Origin: Anaerolineales bacterium UBA6128
GTDB taxonomy: Bacteria > Chloroflexota > Anaerolineae > UBA1429
DNA length: 26,397 nucleotides
NCBI GenBank assembly: GCA_002423325.1
Contig: DIVQ01000020.1
Span: 1,888-28,284 of the forward strand
Direction of reading: 5' to 3'
The translations under genes were made by a program, and so were the position numbers. Of this stretch, positions 16,909 to 24,439 are shown piece by piece. The notes under the pieces were generated by a model, which was not told the DNA's origin, did no database searches, and was given only the letters and a program-made list of their open reading frames with translations. The first letter of the stretch is position 1, and each line of letters begins with the position of its first letter.

Positions 16909-18819
16909 CTAGATCTCGCGCCGGCCCAGTTCCATCGCCAGCCCCAGGTAGCCGAGAGTGGCCTCACTCACCTGTTCCAGCGCCACATACTCGTCGACCA
17001 CGTGGGCCAGCCACTCTTCCCCGGGGCCAAAGCCCAGGCACCACACACCCGCCGTGGACAGGTGCCCGCCATCAGTCGTAAACTTCCAGACGCCCACGTC
17101 CAGAGCGCGCCCAAGTGCGCACTCGGCGACCTGCTGCGCATGCAGCAGACGCGGATCATCAGGCGCCACCACAAAGGAGGAGAATGCGCTCAAGGGCGTA
17201 CGCACCAGGCCTGTGTAGCTCACCACGGGGCGCTTGGCCGGCGCGGCCGTGGCCACCACGCCGGGATCGCAGGTCTCTGCCAGCAGGCGATCGACCAGCG
17301 CCTGCGCTTGCTCCAGCGTCTCACCGGGCACGTTGCGCCAGTCGAGATGCACCACCAGCTCGGAAGGGATGACGTTGCTGCTCGTCTGGTCGATGCGGCT
17401 CAGCGTCGGCGCTGCGGTGCTGGCGCCGAAATCGGGATGTTGCGCCATGGGCGCCTCTTGCAGCGCCAGCAGGAAACGCGCCATCGAATAGTAGGGGTTG
17501 ATCGCGCGCTCAGGCGCACTGGCATGCCCCGAGCGCCCGCGCCAGGTGAGCACCAGATCAAAGCGCCCGCGGTGGCCGCGACGCAACGCGTTGCCGGAGG
17601 GCTCGCCGATAACGGCCAGATCAGGGTGCAACCAGGTGAGCAGGTGCTGCATGCCAAAACCGCCCGCCTCTTCGCCCACCACCGCCGCCACATAAACGTC
17701 ACCCGCCGGCACCAGCCCCGCCTGGCACATCAGCCCGCCGGCGCAGACTTGCGCGGCCAACGCCCCCTTGGTGTCCGTGGCGCCTCGTCCCCACAGCCGT
17801 CCGGCGCTGATCTCGCCGTCGAACGGCCCGTGCTCCCAGCGCGAGACGTCGCCCGGGTCTACAATGTCCATGTGCGCGTTCAGACAGGTGGTCAGACCAT
17901 CACCGCCGCGCACACGCCCGACCACGTTGCCGATCTCGTCGCGCCACACATCGTGGTAGCCCAGCGCCAGCATCTCGGCCTGCACCAGGTCGGCCACCTC
18001 ACGCTCCTGACCCGACAGGCTGGCCTTGCTGACCAGCCGCTGCGCCAGGCCGTACAGGCCCTCGCGCGCCCCATCCACAAGCGCTCGCAACTCCCCTGAC
18101 ACTGACCCTCCGTCATCGTTCATGACTCGCCCCGCGCGCTGCTCTGTCGCGTCAGCACGCGCTGCGCCGCTGCCGCGCCCGCGTCGTGGGGGCGGGGCCA
18201 CGTCGATCAGCTGGTAGCCATAGCTGTTGATCACCTCGGTCTCGCCGACGCGCGTGATGCGTTCTGCGTCCAGGCGATACACATGCGTGTGCCCGTGCAG
18301 CAGATAGCGCGGCTTGAACAAGCGAATGAACCAGTGCAGCGCCGGGAAGCCCTGATGGCACAGATCCTCGCAGTCGTGAACGCCACGAGGGGGCGCATGC
18401 GTCACCAGAATGTCGAGCGCTCGTCCGTGGACCATGCGGTTCCAGAGCAGCCTCGGCACCATGCGCCACATCTGCAAACGCATGCCCAGGTCGCTGTACT
18501 GGTGCGGCCCGGGGCGGTAGCGAATCGAGCCCTCCAGCCCGCCGATCAGCAGGCCGTTCTGGCGTACCACCCTCCCATGCAGGTTGGTCCCCCCTTCAGG
18601 CTCCACCTTGATGTCTTCGTGCCCGAAGCGTCGCTGTACCGCGTTGTGGTTGCCAAATACGTACAAGAGCGGCTTGTTCAATACCGAGACGATAAACTCC
18701 ATATAGTCGAAGGGCAGGTCGCCGCAGCTCACTATCAGGTCGACGTCCTTGAAGCGCGTTGCTGCAACCGGACTGTAGACCAGCTCGTGGACAGTATCGG
18801 CGACGGCCAGGATCTTCAT
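16909..18819 (-). CDS. single 636-aa ORF fusing an N-terminal calcineurin-like metallophosphoesterase (aa 1-~210) to a C-terminal M20 peptidase/deacylase (ArgE/DapE/YgeY-like, aa ~233-636)
   Basis: MPP motifs: SCGDL, GNHN and GHTH. M20 motifs: HMDIV, GRGATDTKG and VGEEAGG. The two are joined in-frame by the linker PPPRRGRGSGAARADATEQRAGRV, with an internal Met at 18123. Confidence 0.7.
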   Translation of the reverse strand: MKILAVADTVHELVYSPVAATRFKDVDLIVSCGDLPFDYMEFIVSVLNKPLLYVFGNHNAVQRRFGHEDIKVEPEGGTNLHGRVVRQNGLLIGGLEGSIRYRPGPHQYSDLGMRLQMWRMVPRLLWNRMVHGRALDILVTHAPPRGVHDCEDLCHQGFPALHWFIRLFKPRYLLHGHTHVYRLDAERITRVGETEVINSYGYQLIDVAPPPRRGRGSGAARADATEQRAGRVMNDDGGSVSGELRALVDGAREGLYGLAQRLVSKASLSGQEREVADLVQAEMLALGYHDVWRDEIGNVVGRVRGGDGLTTCLNAHMDIVDPGDVSRWEHGPFDGEISAGRLWGRGATDTKGALAAQVCAGGLMCQAGLVPAGDVYVAAVVGEEAGGFGMQHLLTWLHPDLAVIGEPSGNALRRGHRGRFDLVLTWRGRSGHASAPERAINPYYSMARFLLALQEAPMAQHPDFGASTAAPTLSRIDQTSSNVIPSELVVHLDWRNVPGETLEQAQALVDRLLAETCDPGVVATAAPAKRPVVSYTGLVRTPLSAFSSFVVAPDDPRLLHAQQVAECALGRALDVGVWKFTTDGGHLSTAGVWCLGFGPGEEWLAHVVDEYVALEQVSEATLGYLGLAMELGRREI

Positions 18820-18874
18820 GGGTCATCGTCCTGCTCGGGGCCGTGTGCGCTGTGGCGCAGGCGACTGTATGACG

Positions 18875-18902
18875 ATTATAGCGCCCCGTCGGCCCCGCGC
18901 AA
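18875..18902 (-). promoter_or_regulatory. minus-strand promoter candidate TTGCGC-16-TATAAT for the fusion gene
   Basis: Reverse complement of 18897-18902 and 18875-18880; about 50 nt upstream of ATG 18819. Confidence 0.3.
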
Positions 18903-18967
18903 GTGGGGCATGCTCGACGCCTTCACGCCGCGGCGACGTGCTCCGCAGACAGCCGCACAACCGCAAC

Positions 18968-18995
18968 TTGAAGCCGACGCGCTTTGGCGTACAAT
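18968..18995 (+). promoter_or_regulatory. promoter candidate TTGAAG-16-TACAAT for lspA-rluD
   Basis: Read directly; 50 nt upstream of the lspA start. Confidence 0.4.
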
Positions 18996-19045
18996 CAGGA
19001 CATCGATCAATCACGAGCCAGACACACACAACGAGGGAGCCAACG

Positions 19046-19576
19046 TTGCAACGCAAAACCGACCGGCGCGGCCTGTTCCTGTTCGGCCTCGCCCTGCTGA
19101 TCATAGTCCTGGACCAGTGGAGCAAGACCTGGGTGCGGGCCAACCTGGCGCTCAACGAATCATGGATGCCGATCGCCTGGCTCGACCCCTTCGTGACCTT
19201 TACCCATATCCACAATACAGGTGTAGCCTTTGGCATGTTGCAGAACCGCGGCATTCTGTTCGTCATCGTCAACCTGGTCGTTGTCGCCGCCATCATCGCC
19301 TACTACTGGCGCATCGAGTCCAACTCGTGGCTGCTGCGCATCGCACTGGCCCTTGAGCTGGGCGGCGCGATCGGCAACCTGATCGACCGCCTGGCCCGCG
19401 GCTATGTCACCGACTTTGTCAATGTGCGCTTTTTTGCCGTTTTCAACGTCGCCGATAGCTGCATCACTGTGGGCGCTATCCTGCTGGGCATCTATGCCTT
19501 GTTTCTGGATCGCGATCAGCCGGAGGTGGCTGCGCAGGCCATCTCGGCTGACCAACCTACGCAGGACGCTGACTGA
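19046..19576 (+). CDS. lspA: lipoprotein signal peptidase II, probable TTG start
   Basis: The protein reads LFLFGLALLIIVLDQWSK...NTGVAFG...FNVADSCITVGAILL. A GAGGGAG RBS lies 7 nt before TTG 19046. There is no in-frame ATG/GTG near the N-terminus. Confidence 0.75.
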   Translation: MQRKTDRRGLFLFGLALLIIVLDQWSKTWVRANLALNESWMPIAWLDPFVTFTHIHNTGVAFGMLQNRGILFVIVNLVVVAAIIAYYWRIESNSWLLRIALALELGGAIGNLIDRLARGYVTDFVNVRFFAVFNVADSCITVGAILLGIYALFLDRDQPEVAAQAISADQPTQDAD

Positions 19577-19579
19577 GCC

Positions 19580-20494
19580 ATGACTCAGGAGCAGGTGTGG
19601 CGCGTCGAGGAGTCCGCTGAGCGGCTTGACCGCTACGTCGCTGCGCACTGCCCCCAACTGACGCGGTCGCGGGCACAACGCCTCATCCGCGAGGGGCGTG
19701 TGACGGTCAATGGCGCCACCGTGACGCCCAGCTACCTGCCGGTGCCCGGCGACCTTGTGCAGGTGAGCATCCCGGCGCCCGCATCCCCGACGCCCCAACC
19801 CGAGGCATTGCCCCTCGAGATCGTGTTCGAGGATCGTCATTTGCTCGTCGTGAACAAGCCTGCCGGACTGGTGGTACATCCGGCGCCCGGGCACCCCTCC
19901 GGCACACTCGTCAACGCGTTGCTGGCCCATCGGCCGGAGGTCAATGCAGCCGATCTCGACCCGACGCGTCCCGGCATCGTCCATCGTCTGGATCGCGACA
20001 CCTCCGGTCTGATAGTGGTGGCCGCCAACCGCGAGGTGCAGGCCGCCCTGCAGGCCCAGTGGAAGTCGCGCAAGATCGTCAAGCGCTATCTAGCCCTGGT
20101 CTACGGCCGCGTCGAGCCACCGCAGGCCACCATCGACGCGCCCCTCGGACGCGACCCCGCACATCGCCAGCGCATTGCCGTCCGCGAGAGCGGCGGGCGC
20201 GCCGCGCGCACCAGCTATCAGGTGCGCGAGCATCTCGCGCAGGCCACATTGCTGGAGGTGCTGCTCCACACCGGACGCACACACCAGATCCGCGTGCACC
20301 TTGCGTCGGTCGGCTATCCGGTCGTCGGCGATCGGGTCTATGGGCCGCGGCGCCCAACGATTACAGCGCCGCGCCAGATGCTGCACGCCTGGCGCCTGTC
20401 CTTTACGCACCCGGTCACGGGCGCGCTGCTGGCGCTCGAGGCGGACCCGCCGCCCGATTTCGACACGTTGCTGCAATTGCTGCGTGCGACCTGA
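19580..20494 (+). CDS. rluD: 23S rRNA pseudouridine synthase, RluA family with an N-terminal S4 domain (RluD-like)
   Basis: S4 domain (LDRYVA...RSRAQRLIREGRVTVNG); the HRLDRDTSG catalytic motif; HTGRTHQIRVH. It starts 4 nt after the lspA stop. Confidence 0.8.
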   Translation: MTQEQVWRVEESAERLDRYVAAHCPQLTRSRAQRLIREGRVTVNGATVTPSYLPVPGDLVQVSIPAPASPTPQPEALPLEIVFEDRHLLVVNKPAGLVVHPAPGHPSGTLVNALLAHRPEVNAADLDPTRPGIVHRLDRDTSGLIVVAANREVQAALQAQWKSRKIVKRYLALVYGRVEPPQATIDAPLGRDPAHRQRIAVRESGGRAARTSYQVREHLAQATLLEVLLHTGRTHQIRVHLASVGYPVVGDRVYGPRRPTITAPRQMLHAWRLSFTHPVTGALLALEADPPPDFDTLLQLLRAT

Positions 20495-20518
20495 TCCGAA
20501 CGCCGAGCCGCCCACAGA

Positions 20519-20542
20519 GCGGACGGCCGGCCGCGCCTTTTT
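20519..20542 (+). terminator. rho-independent terminator after rluD: GCGGaCGGCC/GGCCGCGC stem then CTTTTT
   Basis: Read directly; the T-run overlaps the -35 of the next promoter. Confidence 0.5.
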
Positions 20543-20568
20543 ACAGCCCGTGCGGTTTGCGCTACACT
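20540..20568 (+). promoter_or_regulatory. promoter candidate TTTACA-17-TACACT for the DUF362 gene pair
   Basis: Read directly; 37 nt upstream of ATG 20605. Confidence 0.35.
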
Positions 20569-20604
20569 GTGCGGGCAAGACGTCGAACCTATCGGAGGGC
20601 ACTG

Positions 20605-21828
20605 ATGACGGACAAAGAGTACCGCGTCCGAGCGGTACGCTGCGATCACCTCACCGAGGACGAACAGGTCTACCAAGCTCTACGCCGCGCCACCGATCCT
20701 CTCGATCGCTCCTGGGATGTGCTGACGCGCGCCAAGCGCATCACCGTCAAGTTCAACCAGGCCTGGGCGCCCGAGCGCAGGGTTGTGATGGACGGCCAGT
20801 CGCAGGAACTGGTCAGTGAGAAGGTGGCCCGCGCCGTCCTGCGCTTGCTGCGCGAGCGCACCAGGGCCAACATTGCCTGTGTCGAGATCTCGACCGGTAT
20901 GCGTTATCCCGCGCAGTTCGAGAGCTTTATGACGCTGCTGCCCGTGTTGCGCGAGTTCGATGTCCCAGTGATCGACGGCAACCGGCCGCCCATGCGCGTC
21001 TGCCAGGTCCCGGGCGGCGGCAGCATGTTCAAGCAGTACACACTGCCCTCGTGCGTCGTCGACACGGACGCCTTCATATCGGTCTCCAAGCTCAAGAACC
21101 ACCGCTTTATGGGCGTCACCGCCTGTCTCAAGAACCTGTTCGGCCTGCCGCCGCTCGAGCCTCTGGGGCGCTATCGCGGCTATTTCCACCACTTTATGCG
21201 CCTGCCGAACGTGCTGGTGGACCTGGGTCAGATGGCGCGGCCCGCGCTCAACATTGTGGATGCGCTCGTGACGCAGGCGGGCTCGGAATGGCACGGACAG
21301 GGCCGCGTCAGCGATACGCTGATCGCCGGTGACCACGTTATCGCCACCGATGCCTGCGCCGTTCACCTGATGGGCTATGACACACGCGCCGACTGGCCCA
21401 CCGAGCCCTTCGGCAGCGACAACAACTGGCTGATGATCGCCGAACGTTGCGGGTTCGGCACGGCGCGTCTGGAGGACGTCGACTTTCGGTCCGAGGTGCA
21501 GGCGCCCATCGGCCAGTTCTTCCGCGAGGAATGGGTCCCGCGAGCGCGGCAGATCAGTTGGCGCCGCACCATGTCGCAGCAGGCGCTCTATTACCGCGAC
21601 CACCCCGAAGAGTTCGCCCAGTATGCGGGCGAGTACATGCTGCTGCAGGACCGTCAGGTCGTCTGGCACAGCCGAGACAGCAACCCCGGTCAAAGCCGCA
21701 CCGCCCTCTCGGCACAGAACGAGGACAGCGGCATGTGGATGAAGTACGTCGATCCCGATGAGGCCGAGGGAGAACACTATGAGGTCTATGAGCGTGCGCT
21801 CAGTCACCTCGACGAACTCGGCCTGTAG
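20605..21828 (+). CDS. DUF362-domain protein, paralog A (407 aa), with a ~100-aa C-terminal extension
   Basis: GGAGGG RBS. The DUF362-like motifs are KLKNHRFMGVTACLKNLFGLPP, NIVDALVTQAGSEWHGQG and IAGDHVIATDACAVHLMG. The track ORF 20059-21828 has an untranslated-looking upstream part. Confidence 0.7.
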   Translation: MTDKEYRVRAVRCDHLTEDEQVYQALRRATDPLDRSWDVLTRAKRITVKFNQAWAPERRVVMDGQSQELVSEKVARAVLRLLRERTRANIACVEISTGMRYPAQFESFMTLLPVLREFDVPVIDGNRPPMRVCQVPGGGSMFKQYTLPSCVVDTDAFISVSKLKNHRFMGVTACLKNLFGLPPLEPLGRYRGYFHHFMRLPNVLVDLGQMARPALNIVDALVTQAGSEWHGQGRVSDTLIAGDHVIATDACAVHLMGYDTRADWPTEPFGSDNNWLMIAERCGFGTARLEDVDFRSEVQAPIGQFFREEWVPRARQISWRRTMSQQALYYRDHPEEFAQYAGEYMLLQDRQVVWHSRDSNPGQSRTALSAQNEDSGMWMKYVDPDEAEGEHYEVYERALSHLDELGL

Positions 21829-21901
21829 TGTGGAACGCGTGGCACCAAGCAGGGGCCGCTGAGCCTCTGACATATCAAGGTTTGGGGGAGTCAGCCGTCA
21901 G

Positions 21902-23125
21902 ATGACCGCAAAACACGATTACCGCGTCCGCGCAGTGCACTGTGACCACTTGGCCGATGAGGAGACGATCTACCAGTCCCTGGTGCGCGCCACCGATCCG
22001 CTCGACGCGGCTTGGGCCAAACTCGAGACCGCCAAGCGCATCGGAATAAAGTTCAACCAGGACTATAACGTCCTGCGTGTCTTTGAGAGCAACTATCAGG
22101 AGCTTGTGAGCGAACCGGTGGCGCGCGCCGTGTTGCGCCGGCTGCGTGAGCGCACCAGCGCGGAGCTGATCTGCTCCTCGATCAGCGTCTTTCGCAAGGA
22201 ACAGTCTCACGAGCCGGACGCCTCCGAGCATCTCGGCCAGTTGCTGCGCGAGTTCGGCGTGCGGTTCGTGGCGGGCGACCTGCCCCCGCACAGCACGGTA
22301 CAGGTGCCCGGCGGCGGGCAAATGTTCCGCCAGTACCTCCTGCCCACCGAATCCGTCGATGTTGACGCCTTTATTTCGGTCGCCAAGATGAAGAACCACG
22401 CCTTTATGGGCGTCACGGCCTGCCTCAAGAACCTCTTTGGCCTGATGCCCATGGAGCCGCACGGCCGCGCGCGCCAGTATTACCACCACCTGGTGCGCAT
22501 GCCCTACATGCTGGCCGACATCGGACGTATCTTTAGCCCGGCGCTCAACATCGTCGATGGCCTGGTGGGGCAGGCCGAGCGCGAGTGGGGCGGCCAGGGG
22601 CGCATCGGCAACTGCCTCATCGCCGGCGACAATGTCATTGCTACCGATGCCTGCACCGCGCACCTGATGGGCCACGATCCCGAGACCGACTGGCCCAACG
22701 AGCCCTTCCTGCGCGACCGCAACGCGCTCAAGACCGCCGCTGAGGGCGGCTTTGGCAGCGTCAACCTGAACGAGATCGATTGGCAGTCAGAGGTCGTCAG
22801 CCCGGTAAACCAGTTCTTCTGCCAACAGGTGGACTCATCCGAGACCACCATCAGTTGGCGACGCACGACCTGCGAGCAGGCGCTGTATTACCGCGACCAT
22901 CGCGAGCAGTTCGCCCAGTACGCCGGTGAGTATATTCTGCTCTACAAGAACAAGGTGATCTGGCACAACACGAACAGCAACTTTGGGGGCAGCCGTCGCG
23001 ACCTGGCAGCTGATGACCCGACCAGCGCGATCTTTATGAAAAAGGTCGATCCGGAGGAGGCGGAGGGCGAGCACTTTGAGGTCTACGAGCACACGCTCGA
23101 GCAGATGGAGGCCCTGGGCCTCTAG
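21902..23125 (+). CDS. DUF362-domain protein, paralog B (407 aa), about 55-60% identical to paralog A
   Basis: GGGGGAG RBS. It has the same motif set (KMKNHAFMGVTACLKNLFGLMP, NIVDGLVGQAEREWGGQG, IAGDNVIATDACTAHLMG) and the same C-terminal tail (..KVDPEEAEGEHFEVYEH..LGL). Confidence 0.7.
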   Translation: MTAKHDYRVRAVHCDHLADEETIYQSLVRATDPLDAAWAKLETAKRIGIKFNQDYNVLRVFESNYQELVSEPVARAVLRRLRERTSAELICSSISVFRKEQSHEPDASEHLGQLLREFGVRFVAGDLPPHSTVQVPGGGQMFRQYLLPTESVDVDAFISVAKMKNHAFMGVTACLKNLFGLMPMEPHGRARQYYHHLVRMPYMLADIGRIFSPALNIVDGLVGQAEREWGGQGRIGNCLIAGDNVIATDACTAHLMGHDPETDWPNEPFLRDRNALKTAAEGGFGSVNLNEIDWQSEVVSPVNQFFCQQVDSSETTISWRRTTCEQALYYRDHREQFAQYAGEYILLYKNKVIWHNTNSNFGGSRRDLAADDPTSAIFMKKVDPEEAEGEHFEVYEHTLEQMEALGL

Positions 23126-23248
23126 TCGTCGCAAGTCGCAGCCGTCACCCACGGCTCTGGCAGGCTTCTGCGCAGAGCAGCTAACGGATAGCCCAAATGG
23201 CCGCAGCCAGGCTATGGCGAGCGATCAGGGCATTTGAAGGGAGACCAG

Positions 23249-23938
23249 ATGAAAGCCAAGCGCGTTATTCTGAGCCTGTTTGGTGTGGCAGCCGGCGCCG
23301 CCGGCGCCTACCTGGCCGCCCAGGCCTACCGCGAGGCCAGGGCCAAGTGCCCACCCTTTCGGCGCACGACGTACCGCACCAGCAGCGAGCTGATCGAGGA
23401 TTTCCGCTTCTTCTGGGACAATCCGGCCGTGCTGACCGAGATGCGTGCCAATACGCGCATCACACCCGCTTTTGGCGAAAAGCTGATGCTGGCCGTCAGC
23501 GGGGTGCGCGGCTGCCGATTCTGCGGCAGCCTGCATAGCCGCACAGCAGAAGCGCTGGGCGTCTCGCAGGCCGAGGCCAGCTCGCTGTTGCGCGGCGAGA
23601 TCGCCGGCGGCACCGTCGAGGAGGCCCCCGCCGTCTTTTTCGCGCAGCACTATGCCGAGAACGACGGCGAACCTGAGGCCGATATGGTGCGCACCCTCGT
23701 GCAGTCCTACGACGAACGCACCGCCCAGGACGTGCTCAACTATTTGCGTCTGTTTGACATGGCCAACCTGCTGGGCAACACCCTGGACGCCCTGTTCAGC
23801 CGCTGTCTTGGCAAGCCCTCGGCCGACACCACGCTCAAGGACGAGTTGGCGATCGTAGCTCTCGCGACGTTTGGTATCGGCCCCCTGCTGCCTGTGCTGG
23901 TGGCCCGCGCAAAACTGCAGGGCATCGTGCAGCTGTAG
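23249..23938 (+). CDS. carboxymuconolactone decarboxylase / AhpD-like family protein with an N-terminal signal/TM segment and a C-terminal hydrophobic segment
   Basis: GAAGGGAG RBS. The CMD-family motif GCRFCGSLHS (CxxC...H). The track ORF starts 5 codons earlier at a TTG. Confidence 0.65.
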   Translation: MKAKRVILSLFGVAAGAAGAYLAAQAYREARAKCPPFRRTTYRTSSELIEDFRFFWDNPAVLTEMRANTRITPAFGEKLMLAVSGVRGCRFCGSLHSRTAEALGVSQAEASSLLRGEIAGGTVEEAPAVFFAQHYAENDGEPEADMVRTLVQSYDERTAQDVLNYLRLFDMANLLGNTLDALFSRCLGKPSADTTLKDELAIVALATFGIGPLLPVLVARAKLQGIVQL

Positions 23939-23963
23939 CGCGCCCGCCCTGCTCGTGGCCCCA

Positions 23964-23992
23964 GGCCAGCCTGACATCAGGCTGGCCTTTTT
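23964..23992 (+). terminator. rho-independent terminator: GGCCAGCCTGA-ca-TCAGGCTGGCC plus TTTTT
   Basis: 11-bp perfect stem followed by a T5 run, 26 nt after the CMD-family gene stop. Confidence 0.65.
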
Positions 23993-24006
23993 GCCTAGTC
24001 CGATAC

Positions 24007-24035
24007 TTGACATGTGTCTGATGACATGTTATAGG
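24007..24035 (+). promoter_or_regulatory. promoter candidate TTGACA (24007-24012), 17 nt, TATAGG (24030-24035) for the ArsR-ATPase operon
   Basis: A consensus -35 and a 4/6 -10. Two copies of the palindromic hexamer ACATGT (24010-24015, 24024-24029) lie within the spacer. Confidence 0.4.
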
Positions 24036-24036
24036 T

Positions 24037-24048
24037 GAGCAATTGCTC
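24037..24048. promoter_or_regulatory. perfect 12-bp palindrome GAGCAATTGCTC between the -10 and the RBS; candidate ArsR/SmtB operator
   Basis: Read directly. ArsR-family repressors bind inverted repeats that overlap the core promoter of their own operon. Confidence 0.35.
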
Positions 24049-24066
24049 AACTATAGGAGTGTTGAG

Positions 24067-24399
24067 ATGGGAGATTCGTGGCAGAGCGCGCAGGGCACCG
24101 GACAGGCCGGCTTGCTGGACGAAGGACGCGCAGCCGACCTGGCCGAGATTTACGGAGCGCTCGCCGACCCCACGCGCCTCAAACTGATCGCCGCCCTTGC
24201 CGAGTCCGAGTTGTGCGTCGGCGATCTGGCGGCCCTGCTGGGTATGTCCATCTCGGCGATCTCACACCAGCTGCATCTGCTCCGGCGGATGCGCATCGTT
24301 CGGCGTCGGCGCGAGGGACGGCACATCTACTATGCGCTGGACGATGAGCATGTTTTGGCACTGTTCCGCGCGGGCCTGAGCCACATCGAGCACACGTAG
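24067..24399 (+). CDS. ArsR/SmtB-family metalloregulator (110 aa from MGDSWQ..), with a predicted alpha5 Zn/Co-type site
   Basis: AGGAG RBS at 24055-24059. The HTH is LCVGDLAALLGMSISAISHQLHLL. The C-terminal DxH-x10-H-x2-H (DDEHVLALFRAGLSHIEH) matches the CzrA/SmtB alpha5 metal site. The alpha3 site, ELCVGD rather than CVC, appears degenerate. Confidence 0.85.
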   Translation: MGDSWQSAQGTGQAGLLDEGRAADLAEIYGALADPTRLKLIAALAESELCVGDLAALLGMSISAISHQLHLLRRMRIVRRRREGRHIYYALDDEHVLALFRAGLSHIEHT

Positions 24400-24439
24400 A
24401 GATACTGACACCAAGCCAGACGATTTGCGGGTGAGTACC

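Noticed and set aside
21829-21901. Independent terminator or promoter between the two DUF362 paralogs
   Set aside because: The 73-nt spacer has no convincing hairpin plus U-tract, and only a TGACAT fragment, so the pair is more likely co-transcribed.
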